Source: Candidatus Fermentibacteraceae bacterium
GTDB taxonomy: Bacteria > Fermentibacterota > Fermentibacteria > Fermentibacterales > JCC-6
Direction: 5' to 3'
DNA length: 64,000 nt
NCBI GenBank assembly: GCA_041750285.1
Contig: JBGSZS010000011.1
Location: 1-64,000 of the forward strand
Below the pieces are notes generated by a model. It was given only the letters and a program-made list of their open reading frames with translations, was not told the DNA's origin and searched no databases. Positions 39,572 to 48,884 of the stretch are shown piece by piece (the stretch's first letter is position 1; the number at the start of each line of letters is the position of its first letter). Both the position numbers and the translations under genes were made by a program.

Positions 39572-42432
39572 AGCTCTCGCTTGCGGCGACCATTTTCCTG
39601 TGCCTCGTCGGGGCGCTTGTGGTCTTCAGCGTATCCACCAACAGCAGGAACAGCATTCTCGTCAAGGAGTACATCTACGTGGCCGCCGGAGCCATTGCGG
39701 GAGCGGCCCTGGGTGTCCTTGTTCTTTCTGGAACCGCACTTCACCTTTACCGAATCCCGCCCGCGGCAGCCGTTTCGCTCGCCCTGATACCCGTACTCAT
39801 GGTCATCGTTCATCTCTGGGGACCGGTCTCCAGCGTCAATGGTCCCTTCACCGTCATGTCGCTCGGGGCTCTCTCCCTTCTGGCGCTGCTTGGTGTGGCC
39901 GTCATCGACAGGAAACACCTCATGCCGCTGGCCCTTTTCATGACGCTCGTTTCTTCGGTGCTCTTCTTGTACTCCCTGCTCCAGTCATTCGGAGTTGTCC
40001 TGTTCCCCTGGGATGCAGGTCTGACCCGCTCCGGCCGCACCTCGGGGTCACTCGGAAACCCGAACCTCCTTGGAGCCTTCTCCGCTGCGATGGTCCCCTT
40101 CGGAACTGCAACGATCCTGTCGCTTGCCGGAAAAGGCTGGGTCAGGGTCTCGCTGACCCTGCTCTATTGCATCCTGGCCGTTGCGGCCCTTACGGCTAGC
40201 GGAACCAGGGGCAGTCTTCTCGGGCTCGCCGGGGGAGTGCTTTTCCTTGGCATCTGGCTTTTCAGAAGAATGCCCATGCCGCACCGCGGGAAACTCCTGC
40301 TGGTGCTGGGGGCCGTACTCGTATCCTTGCTCGCGGTCCTGCCGATGCGACACAGGATACAGGAGATCGCAAGCGACGGCTCGGAGTCGGGAACAGCCCA
40401 GGTCAGGCGCATCATCTGGAGCGGTGGAATCGAAATGTTCAGGGACAGACCTCTTTTCGGATGGGGGCCGGGAAGTTTCCAGATCATCTTCCCGGCATAC
40501 CGGAGCCCTGAATACAGCATCCTGGGGGTAAGTCACAACACCCTGCACGCGCACTGCGAATACCTCGAGATCCTCTGCGACATCGGCCTTCTCGGTCTCG
40601 CAGTCTGGGGGGTGTTCGCCGTGGGCATGCTCCGCAGGATCAGGGGCGCCGGGCTCATCGGTGCCGGCGCAGCTGCGGGCGCTGTTTCGATGCTGGCGGA
40701 AAACCTTGTTTCAGTCTCTCTAAGATGGCCACCCACGGCCTGGCTTTTCTCTCTTCTGTGCACGGTGTTCCTGATCAGGGAAGGACGGGCCATTCACTTT
40801 CACCGGAACGGATCGAGACTGCTCTCGGGGATCGGGCTTGCACTCTCCGCGATCGTGCTTGGAGCCTTTGCCTTCAGGGCATACCCCGCCTCACTCGAAG
40901 CTGCCAGACTTGTCTTTTCCGGCAAGGATGTCCATCTCACGGCAACTGAAGCCCCGATGAACGCTGCCGCCCGTTACGCGAAGACGTTTGTCACCACCGG
41001 GGATCGCCCGGCAGCCACAGCAGCGGCCAACGCCTGGCTTGCCGCCACCGTCCAGGCAGACTCTGCGATCTCGCTCTGCTCCCGGGCCGCATCAGTTGAC
41101 AGGGGCGACCTGAGCGCCCTTTACGCCCTCGGAAGCGCCTACCTCACCCGGGCAATCCTGGCTGCCCCACTCGATGCAAACATCGCCCAGGCCCTCACCG
41201 CATCGGGGCTTGCCGCATCCGACCCGGCCGCCGCCCGCCGCTTCAACGAACTTGGCATGGATACCTACGCGACCCTTTCGGCTCTTGCCCCGAATTACGC
41301 CGAGACCCATAACAACATGGCGATCGGTTACCTTGCACTGGGCGATGTGTACAGTTCGCTGGACGAACTTTACAGGGCTTGGCTGCTTCACGGGCATCGC
41401 AGGCCCGATTACTTCGTTCAGGCCGTCCGTCTGATGCGGGTGGCCCCTGACAGCCGCGGTGCGGCCCGTCTCATATGGAACCAGCTGATTGATGAGCTGT
41501 TGACTGCCCGGAACGACGACATGGTATTGAAGGTTCAGCGGAAACTCGAGAGCCTGACCGTCATCCGCTGGTTCTTCCTCAGGTATGACGATCCATCCGG
41601 ATCCCTCGAGGCTGAACTCCGCGGAACCGCCGACTCCTTCGATCCATGGATCATGCGCTCACTTGACAGTGTCGCCCTTGCCGGTCCGATGCCTCCCGCA
41701 CTAGCCGACAGCGCGTCGCTTCTTCTCGGAGAGGGTCGCGTTTCCGAGGGGCTTGCCGTTCTGGAAAGGCTCCACGATACCCAGAACTGCTCCGGACCAT
41801 TCCTTCCCACGGCATGGCCCGGCCTCGGGGCCGGATACAAGGCCCTGGGCGAGGCCTGCCGTGACATGCAGTGGAGTCCGGAAAACACTGAAGCAATGTT
41901 TCGGCAGATGGTGCTCCTGTTCAGGGCCGACATGATAGCAGCCGCCTCTCTTGACGTGGCCTTCGGCAACCTTTCGGCATCGGTCAGGCCGGGTGTCACC
42001 GATTCTCTCATGGTGCTGTCCGGCAACATCGGAGGTCCCCGTGCCGCCGCCAGGGCGGGGAGCCCGAAACCATGGCTCGAAGGATCCATGCTGGATTCCG
42101 TGGAATCCTCACTCAGGTCTCTCTGCGAGCAGAACCCCTCAGACCCCTCGTGCCATCTTCTCATGACAAGGTTCTACTACCTGGTGGTGACTTCCCTGTG
42201 GTGGGACTCGCCTTTTTTCACCTCCGGGCAGAACCAGTACCTTCTGGACCGGTTGTTCACCTCCCGGGACAGTGTGGCCGCCCTGATGGGATCGGGAGCG
42301 ACCGCGGCACTATCCCGTGCGCTCGACGCCGAACTCGGGAGGGTAGTGATTCAGGTCGATCCGCGGAACCTTTCCGTCCTCGAAGAGTTGAAGGGCGATC
42401 TGGCCGACCTGGTCCCCAGGTTTTCCTACTGA
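39568..42432 (+). CDS. O-antigen ligase (Wzy_C/WaaL-like) membrane protein with long TPR-like C-terminal region
   Basis: GSLGNPN, SGTRG, PLFGWGPGSF and HAHCEYL motifs. TPR-like PNYAETHNNMA. Confidence 0.8.
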   Translation: MKLSLAATIFLCLVGALVVFSVSTNSRNSILVKEYIYVAAGAIAGAALGVLVLSGTALHLYRIPPAAAVSLALIPVLMVIVHLWGPVSSVNGPFTVMSLGALSLLALLGVAVIDRKHLMPLALFMTLVSSVLFLYSLLQSFGVVLFPWDAGLTRSGRTSGSLGNPNLLGAFSAAMVPFGTATILSLAGKGWVRVSLTLLYCILAVAALTASGTRGSLLGLAGGVLFLGIWLFRRMPMPHRGKLLLVLGAVLVSLLAVLPMRHRIQEIASDGSESGTAQVRRIIWSGGIEMFRDRPLFGWGPGSFQIIFPAYRSPEYSILGVSHNTLHAHCEYLEILCDIGLLGLAVWGVFAVGMLRRIRGAGLIGAGAAAGAVSMLAENLVSVSLRWPPTAWLFSLLCTVFLIREGRAIHFHRNGSRLLSGIGLALSAIVLGAFAFRAYPASLEAARLVFSGKDVHLTATEAPMNAAARYAKTFVTTGDRPAATAAANAWLAATVQADSAISLCSRAASVDRGDLSALYALGSAYLTRAILAAPLDANIAQALTASGLAASDPAAARRFNELGMDTYATLSALAPNYAETHNNMAIGYLALGDVYSSLDELYRAWLLHGHRRPDYFVQAVRLMRVAPDSRGAARLIWNQLIDELLTARNDDMVLKVQRKLESLTVIRWFFLRYDDPSGSLEAELRGTADSFDPWIMRSLDSVALAGPMPPALADSASLLLGEGRVSEGLAVLERLHDTQNCSGPFLPTAWPGLGAGYKALGEACRDMQWSPENTEAMFRQMVLLFRADMIAAASLDVAFGNLSASVRPGVTDSLMVLSGNIGGPRAAARAGSPKPWLEGSMLDSVESSLRSLCEQNPSDPSCHLLMTRFYYLVVTSLWWDSPFFTSGQNQYLLDRLFTSRDSVAALMGSGATAALSRALDAELGRVVIQVDPRNLSVLEELKGDLADLVPRFSY

Positions 42433-42444
42433 CCGGCCCGGCTC

Positions 42445-42473
42445 TTGTTACATCCCGTGCAGGAAGTTATATT
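42445..42473 (+). promoter_or_regulatory. Sigma70-like promoter of the rimP operon
   Basis: TTGTTA-N17-TATATT. Confidence 0.55.
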
Positions 42474-42496
42474 CATCGACGATGGGTATGAACCGT

Positions 42497-42518
42497 ACAG
42501 GGGGTTTCCCCCTGTTTT
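42497..42518 (+). promoter_or_regulatory. rimP leader hairpin (attenuator-like)
   Basis: ACAGGGGG-TTT-CCCCCTGT followed by TTT in the 5' UTR of rimP, where a terminator-like leader is widely conserved. Confidence 0.6.
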
Positions 42519-42551
42519 CATATCATCCGGGGTGATACGGGAGAGGATACC

Positions 42552-42971
42552 ATGGAAGCCGAAGGTTTGAGGGAACTCGTGGACACTGCTGTAGGGCGTG
42601 CCGGTCTCCTGCTGGTGGACCTTCAGCTGGTCAGAACCGGGAGAAGGGTCCTTCTGCGGGTTCTTGCCGATCGAAAGGGCAGGATCACCGTGGGGGAGTG
42701 CGCTTCACTCTCCCGGGAGATCAGCGACCTGGTCGATGCCCATGGGGTACTGGAGGCTGAATACACCCTGGAGGTGAGCTCCCCCGGAATTGGCAGACCC
42801 CTGTCGATATCTGTGGACTGGGAGAGATGCCAGGGCAGAAAGCTCTTCGTAAAGACAGCCGAACTCGAGACAACGGGTGTCCTTGTCGGCCATGAAGACA
42901 GCGATCTCATTATGGAGGGGGATGTCAGGATTCCCCTTGAAGCAGTTCTCGAGGCCCGTGAAGTGATCTGA
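42552..42971 (+). CDS. rimP: Ribosome maturation factor RimP
   Basis: YTLEVSSPGIGRPL motif, upstream of nusA. Confidence 0.95.
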   Translation: MEAEGLRELVDTAVGRAGLLLVDLQLVRTGRRVLLRVLADRKGRITVGECASLSREISDLVDAHGVLEAEYTLEVSSPGIGRPLSISVDWERCQGRKLFVKTAELETTGVLVGHEDSDLIMEGDVRIPLEAVLEAREVI

Positions 42972-42982
42972 CGAAAGGTACA

Positions 42983-44383
42983 GTGATGGCCGAATTTGAA
43001 CGCATAGATGCACTTGCGCGCATGGTTCGTGAGATGGGCGTAAACCGGGAGACCATCCTGAGCAGCATCCACGAGGGTCTCATCAGGGCTTCCGAGAGGG
43101 AGTACGGCGCACCCCTCGAATACAGGGTTACATGGGAGCAGGGCACGGGCGATGTAAGAATGGAAGCCCTGAAGACCGTCGTTGAAAAGGTCGAGCGTGG
43201 AATGGGTCACCTTCAGGTAACCCTTCCGGCTGCCCGCAAGATAGATCCCGAACTGAAACTCGGCGATCTTGCTCCGGTCAAGATTAACATCAACGATTTC
43301 GGAAGGGCCGCAGTGGCGGTTTTCCGCCGGGAGTTCCTCACACTCGTTCAGGCAGCCGAGAGGGAGCAGGTCCTGAAGGAATTCGGCGACAGGCTGAAGT
43401 GCATCGTTCCGAGATGCAAGGTGCAGCAGGTCTACCGGAACAGGATACTGGTGCAGGTCGCGGGAAGGATCGAGGCCGAAGTGCCCGAAAAGGAACGGTC
43501 CCGCGGGGAACGCTACGAACAGGGTGATTCTATCAACCCCGTCCTCATCGAGATCAGACCTGCCCGTTCAAGCGAGCCCCAGCTGGTTCTCTCCAGGGCC
43601 ACCCCCGAACTGGTGAAAAGGCTCTTCGAAAGGGAAGCCCCCGAGATCGAGGAGGGGCAGGTCGTGATCGAGCTAATCGCCCGCGAGGCAGGGGTCAGAA
43701 CCAAGATTGCGGTTCGAAGCAACGATATCAGGATAGACGCGGTTGGCGCTTTCGTGGGAATGAAGGGAACCAGGGTCCAGTCCGTCATGCGTGAGCTCAA
43801 CGGAGAGCGGATAGACATCATCCCCTTCACGCACGACATGAAGACGCTGGCCTCCAACGCGCTCACTCCGGCCAGGGTCGTTCACATTGAAAACTCGGGA
43901 ACGGTTTACGACGAGACACTTGGCAGGGACATACCAAGGCTGGTTGCGGTGGTCCCCGACGACGAGCACCTTCAGGCCATAGGCAAGCGCGGACACAACG
44001 TCAGGCTCGCGGGAGAGCTCGCGGGCTGCAGGATCGACCTGAAAACGCAATCGCAGTGGGAGGAAGAGAACTACTGGGAGACCAAGCTGTCCGTGGATGC
44101 CAGGGAGCTTCCCTCGGTTGGTGAGAAGCTCGCTGAGCGCCTGCGGCTTGCGGGTCTCGACACGGCGAAGGCCATCCTCGAGGCCGACCAGGAAACCCTT
44201 CTGAACGTTCAGGGAATAGGTCCGGTCACCCTGGCCCAGATCCTCGCGGACGCCCGGTCGGCCATCGAGGGCAGGGAGGCCCAGGTCAGCGAGGAGAAGA
44301 GACTGAAGGAAGAATCGCTGAGGGAAGAGGCGTCCGGCGAAGACGACACCGGAGACGGGAAAGCGGGTGATGTTCTTGACTGA
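42983..44383 (+). CDS. nusA: Transcription termination factor NusA
   Basis: FGRAA, S1 and KH domains (REAGVRTK, GERIDII, AIGKRGHNVRLA), C-terminal HhH repeats. Confidence 0.95.
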   Translation: MMAEFERIDALARMVREMGVNRETILSSIHEGLIRASEREYGAPLEYRVTWEQGTGDVRMEALKTVVEKVERGMGHLQVTLPAARKIDPELKLGDLAPVKININDFGRAAVAVFRREFLTLVQAAEREQVLKEFGDRLKCIVPRCKVQQVYRNRILVQVAGRIEAEVPEKERSRGERYEQGDSINPVLIEIRPARSSEPQLVLSRATPELVKRLFEREAPEIEEGQVVIELIAREAGVRTKIAVRSNDIRIDAVGAFVGMKGTRVQSVMRELNGERIDIIPFTHDMKTLASNALTPARVVHIENSGTVYDETLGRDIPRLVAVVPDDEHLQAIGKRGHNVRLAGELAGCRIDLKTQSQWEEENYWETKLSVDARELPSVGEKLAERLRLAGLDTAKAILEADQETLLNVQGIGPVTLAQILADARSAIEGREAQVSEEKRLKEESLREEASGEDDTGDGKAGDVLD

Positions 44384-46523
44384 ACAAACGGGACAGATCC
44401 AGAAGAAGAAGAGGGTGTACGAACTGGCCCGGGAGCTGAACCTTTCCAGCGAGGCTCTGGTGAAGATCCTGACCGACCTCGGCATCGAAGCCAAAAGTCA
44501 CATGAGCGCCATTGACGCCGTGCAGGAGAAAACGGTTCTCGACAGGTTCGACGAGGAGAAGAAGGCCGCCCTGAACAAGGCGGCACAGAAGAAGACGGTG
44601 AAGAGACGCCGCCGCAAGAAGAAGGCCACGGTTTCCGCCGAGACCGTCAAGACCGTTAAATCCAACCTGGCCCAGATCGAAAGCGGCACCTCCAGGGGCG
44701 GCAAGAAGAAGAGAAGGCGTTACAAGGAGGAAAAGCAGGAAAGGCACGAGCTCAGACAGGGCAAACAGGAGGACGGGAAGAAACTGCTCGTCCCCGAGAA
44801 CACATCGCCCGCGGAACTCGCCGAACAGATGGGTGTGCCCGTCAGCAGGGTCATTGCCTCCTGCATGGGTCTTGGAGTGATGGCAACGGCCAACCAGAGG
44901 CTCGACACCGATGCCGTGAGCCTTCTGGCGGCTGAATTCGGCTTCGAGGTCGAGACGGTGAAGGAGTTCGGCGCCGAAGCCCTCGAGGAGAAGCGTCTCT
45001 CCAGGGGCGGCGAGCGAAGCACAAGACCCCCTGTGGTAACCATCATGGGGCATGTGGATCATGGGAAGACCGCCCTTCTGGACCGGATCCGGTCCACCAA
45101 CGTCATCTCCACCGAATCAGGCGGTATAACCCAGCACATAGGCGCCTATGTATCGACCCTCGACAACGGGAGCGTCATCACCTTCATTGACACCCCCGGG
45201 CACCAGGCATTCACAGCCATGAGGGCCAGGGGCGCCCTCATCACCGACATCGTCGTCCTTGTCATTGCCGGCGACAGCAGGGTGATGCCCCAGACGCAGG
45301 AATCAATCGACCACGCCCGGGCCGCGGGAATACCCATAGTAGTGGCCATCACCAAGATGGACCTGCCAACGGCCAACCCTGAGTTCATCAAGCAGGATCT
45401 CGCCAACCGGGGGGTCCTTGTCGAGGAGTGGAGCGGCTCGGTACAGTGTGCACAGGTCTCGGCCATGACTGGCGAGGGCATTGGCGATCTTCTCGAGAAG
45501 ATCCTCCTCCAGGCGGAAATGCTCGAACTTGCCGCCGTCCCCGACCGTCCGGCGCGTGGAACCGTGCTCGAGGGGAGGATGGATCCCCGGCGCGGAAGCG
45601 TGGTCAACCTTCTCGTGCAGGACGGCACGCTTCGTGACGGCGATTTCTTCGTGGCGGGACAGTTCTGCGGCAGGACCCGCGCCCTCTACGATGAAAACGA
45701 GAACCAGGTCGAGTCAGTGGGCCCCGGGTATCCGGTGCAGCTTCTGGGAACACCTGGGGTTCCCGAAGCGGGGGACAGTTTCGTCGTCGTGGAGAGTGAG
45801 CAGGAAGCAAGACGGGTGGCCCTCAGACGTCAGCTGGTTGAACGGGAGAAGGACCTTCAGGCTCGCAGAAGGGTGACACTTCAGGACTTCTGGGCAGCCT
45901 CGGGCGACGAGAGGATACTCAACATCGTGCTGAAGGCTGACTTCCAGGGCAGCGCCGAGGCCATTGTCGACACACTTCAGAAACTGCAGACTGAAGAAGT
46001 CTCGGTGGCCGTGATCCACAGCGGCACGGGCGGTATCAACGAAAGCGATGTCGACCTTGCCGTTGCCTCGAATGCCGTCATCCTTGGTTTCAGGGTCAGA
46101 CCGGACGCCAGGGCCCGGGAGAGGGCATCGTCACAGGGCATTGAGATCAGCACCTTCAGCGTCATCTACGACATAGAGGACACAGTCAGGAAAGCCCTTT
46201 CGGGCCTGCTTCGACCCGAGGAGAAAGAGCAGTTCCTGGGTTCCGCCGAAGTCAGGGAGACATTCAAGGTTCCCAAGGCGGGAACAATTGCCGGGTGCTA
46301 TGTAATGGCCGGACTTATCAGAAGGAACGCAAGGATCCGTCTGGTTCGCGACGGCGTGATCGTTCACGAAGGCTCGATCTGCTCCCTCAAGCACTTCAAG
46401 GAAGACAAGCGGGAGATAAGCGCCGGTTTTGAATGCGGCATAGGCGTCGCGGGATACGGCGACATCAAGGTGGGAGACATAATCGAAAGCTACGAGATCA
46501 TCCAGATCGCCAGGGAGCTCTGA
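44367..46523 (+). CDS. infB: Translation initiation factor IF-2
   Basis: RVYELAREL, GHVDHGKT, GGITQHIGA, DTPGH and GFECGI motifs. Exact start uncertain (44367-44376). Confidence 0.97.
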   Translation: MMFLTEQTGQIQKKKRVYELARELNLSSEALVKILTDLGIEAKSHMSAIDAVQEKTVLDRFDEEKKAALNKAAQKKTVKRRRRKKKATVSAETVKTVKSNLAQIESGTSRGGKKKRRRYKEEKQERHELRQGKQEDGKKLLVPENTSPAELAEQMGVPVSRVIASCMGLGVMATANQRLDTDAVSLLAAEFGFEVETVKEFGAEALEEKRLSRGGERSTRPPVVTIMGHVDHGKTALLDRIRSTNVISTESGGITQHIGAYVSTLDNGSVITFIDTPGHQAFTAMRARGALITDIVVLVIAGDSRVMPQTQESIDHARAAGIPIVVAITKMDLPTANPEFIKQDLANRGVLVEEWSGSVQCAQVSAMTGEGIGDLLEKILLQAEMLELAAVPDRPARGTVLEGRMDPRRGSVVNLLVQDGTLRDGDFFVAGQFCGRTRALYDENENQVESVGPGYPVQLLGTPGVPEAGDSFVVVESEQEARRVALRRQLVEREKDLQARRRVTLQDFWAASGDERILNIVLKADFQGSAEAIVDTLQKLQTEEVSVAVIHSGTGGINESDVDLAVASNAVILGFRVRPDARARERASSQGIEISTFSVIYDIEDTVRKALSGLLRPEEKEQFLGSAEVRETFKVPKAGTIAGCYVMAGLIRRNARIRLVRDGVIVHEGSICSLKHFKEDKREISAGFECGIGVAGYGDIKVGDIIESYEIIQIAREL

Positions 46524-46526
46524 ACC

Positions 46527-46883
46527 TTGAACCCGCGCAAGCTCGAGAAGCTTTCGGGAACGGTGCAGCGGTTTCTCTCCGACATTCTCGGCAAGGAGAT
46601 ATCCGATCCCCGGCTGAGGGGTGCGATCGTGAACCGTGTCGTGTTGAGCAGCGATGGCTCAAGCGCAAGGGTTTTCTATTCACTCATGGGTTCCGAGGAA
46701 GATGAGCGGCAGTGCAGGGAGGCAATGGCTTCCGCACTGCCATTCATCAGACGCCGTCTGGCAGCTTTCCTCGAAACACGTACGGTGCCGGTGCTCCAGT
46801 TCGTATACGATTCGTCGATAAGGGAGGGTGAGCTGGTTCTCAGCGCCATCAGGAAGCTGGGAAGGGACACCTCTCCGGATTGA
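46527..46883 (+). CDS. rbfA: Ribosome-binding factor A
   Basis: DPRL...ARVF...VPVLQFVYD motif, follows infB. Confidence 0.93.
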   Translation: MNPRKLEKLSGTVQRFLSDILGKEISDPRLRGAIVNRVVLSSDGSSARVFYSLMGSEEDERQCREAMASALPFIRRRLAAFLETRTVPVLQFVYDSSIREGELVLSAIRKLGRDTSPD

Positions 46884-47728
46884 GCGGCGGAGTATACCTC
46901 TTCAGCAAGCCGGAAGGTTTGACATCAAGGACCGCATCGACGCTCGTTGCCCGTGCATGGGGCTACTCAAAAAGGGGACACTGCGGCACTCTCGACCCGG
47001 CCGCCAGGGGAGTGCTTCCTGTCCTTCTGGGTGGAGCCACCCGGCTTTCCCCCTTTCTGACCGGCGGTTCGAAGATCTACTCATTCACCATGGTCCTGGG
47101 AGTGTCCACTGACAGCGACGACATGGAGGGCGAGGTCACGGGCAGAACCGACGCTTCGGCAGTTACACTCCCCATGCTTTCCGGGGCCTTGAAAACCCTC
47201 ACCGGGTCATTCAGTCAGAAGGCCCCCCTTTTCAGCGCAGTGAGGGTCGGGGGTGTGCGGGCCTACCGGTCGGCCCGGACGGGAGACCGCCCTGAGATGC
47301 CTTCCAGGATGGTCGAAGTGAGCGGCTGGGAGATCGGAGAGCTGAAGGATTGCATGGCGCGGCTCAGGGTGACAGTATCCCCCGGAACCTACATAAGGGC
47401 ACTTGCCCGGGACGCGGGGGAGGCTCTGGGAGTAGGGGCCGTTGCCACCTGCATAGTAAGGGAGTTTTCGGGAGGGTTCACCATCGACGAATGCTCATGC
47501 GAGTACGATGATCCCGCCGCCATGCTGACGATGGCGGAAGCAATGCGCGGCTACCCTGTGCGCCGTCTCGCGCCGTCCGAGACCGATGCCGTGCTGCACG
47601 GCATTCCGGTTCAGGGTTCCGTCCGCGGAACGGTGTCCATGGTTTCCGACGACGGAAGGCTTGTTGCCGTCGGGTCGGGGAACGGAGAGACCATCCACCC
47701 CGCATGCGTTCTGGAGAAGCCGTGCTGA
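46880..47728 (+). CDS. truB: tRNA pseudouridine(55) synthase
   Basis: KPEGLTS, GHCGTLDPAARGVL and GTYIRALARD motifs. Confidence 0.95.
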   Translation: MSGGVYLFSKPEGLTSRTASTLVARAWGYSKRGHCGTLDPAARGVLPVLLGGATRLSPFLTGGSKIYSFTMVLGVSTDSDDMEGEVTGRTDASAVTLPMLSGALKTLTGSFSQKAPLFSAVRVGGVRAYRSARTGDRPEMPSRMVEVSGWEIGELKDCMARLRVTVSPGTYIRALARDAGEALGVGAVATCIVREFSGGFTIDECSCEYDDPAAMLTMAEAMRGYPVRRLAPSETDAVLHGIPVQGSVRGTVSMVSDDGRLVAVGSGNGETIHPACVLEKPC

Positions 47729-48561
47729 CCGCCGTCCTTGGAGGTTTTGACGGCATTCACCTGGGCCACAGGCATTTGATCGCCAGCGCGGTTCCGGCCC
47801 CAGTCGTCATCTGCATGGAGCCCATCCCGAGGCAGGTGATCGCAGGTCCCTCCTGGACAAGAAGGCTCACAACACCCGGGGAGCGCCGGAAAGCATTGCA
47901 CGATATGGGCATAATGGGTATTATTGACCTGCCTTTTCACAGCGGGCTCATGGCGTGTACGCCGGAGGAATTTCCATCGGTTCTCTCGCGCCTGGGCAGG
48001 TTCGACCGGGTGGCCGTAGGATGGGATTTCAGGTACGGCCATGATCGCGCGGGGCAGGCGTCCGACCTTGCCGGTTCGCTGCCGGGTGTCGAGGTCATCG
48101 TCGTCCCCCCCCTCCTCAGGGAAGGCCGGCCAGTGAAGAGCGAGGGCATTCGCAACCTCCTCGAAGCGGGAATGCTCGACGAGGCGGCGGAACTGCTGGG
48201 GCGCGGGTACCGTTGTCTTGGGGTCGTGTCACGGGGAAGGGGGAGGGGAAGGCTGCTGGGGTTTCCCACCATGAACGTGACCGTACCCTGGTGCAAGCTT
48301 CTTCCTCCTGCGGGAAGCTATGCAGTGAGTGTCCGGGTGCGCGGTGCAGAGTATCCGGCGGCAGCTTTCAGGCTGCCGGGCAGGAGTTGTGTCGAAGTTC
48401 ACATCCCCGGTTTTCATGGGGAAACCTACGGATGTGTCGCCGAGGTCGTATTCGCCAGGGGTCTTCGCAGACCGGAGAGGGCGCACGACGACCGACAACT
48501 GAAGGAACTGATCGACAGGGATGTCAATGCCGCAATGGAGGTAATGAAACAATGGCAGTGA
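47722..48561 (+). CDS. ribF: Riboflavin kinase/FAD synthetase
   Basis: [27 protein letters not shown] and EVHI motifs. Confidence 0.92.
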   Translation: MLTAVLGGFDGIHLGHRHLIASAVPAPVVICMEPIPRQVIAGPSWTRRLTTPGERRKALHDMGIMGIIDLPFHSGLMACTPEEFPSVLSRLGRFDRVAVGWDFRYGHDRAGQASDLAGSLPGVEVIVVPPLLREGRPVKSEGIRNLLEAGMLDEAAELLGRGYRCLGVVSRGRGRGRLLGFPTMNVTVPWCKLLPPAGSYAVSVRVRGAEYPAAAFRLPGRSCVEVHIPGFHGETYGCVAEVVFARGLRRPERAHDDRQLKELIDRDVNAAMEVMKQWQ

Positions 48562-48821
48562 CCACTGAGAAGAAGAGCGAACTCGTTGTGAAGTTCGGAA
48601 AGGACGCCCGTGACACGGGCAACGCCGAAGTACAGATAGCCCTTCTCACGGAGAGGATCATGGGACTCACCGAACACGCGAAACTTCACCCCAAGGATCA
48701 TAACTCCAAGAGGGGGCTGCTCATGCTGGTGGGTCAGAGAAGAAGGCTTCTCGACTACCTGAAGGCCCGCGAAATCGAGAGATACAGGGCAATTGTCGGA
48801 GAACTGGGTCTTCGCAGATAG
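48552..48821 (+). CDS. rpsO: 30S ribosomal protein S15 (89 aa)
   Basis: [16 protein letters not shown]...[29 protein letters not shown]. Confidence 0.97.
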   Translation: MAVTTEKKSELVVKFGKDARDTGNAEVQIALLTERIMGLTEHAKLHPKDHNSKRGLLMLVGQRRRLLDYLKAREIERYRAIVGELGLRR

Positions 48822-48884
48822 CTGCAGGGCTCGTTGCCCGGACTTTTCCGGGAATCGGAAGTAAGAATCGGAAGAAGAGAAACG

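Noticed and set aside
48852..48874. Direct repeat GAATCGGAAG x2 between rpsO and pnp
   Set aside because: Only two short copies with a 3-nt spacer. Not a CRISPR or iteron array, and no CRISPR array was seen anywhere in the window.
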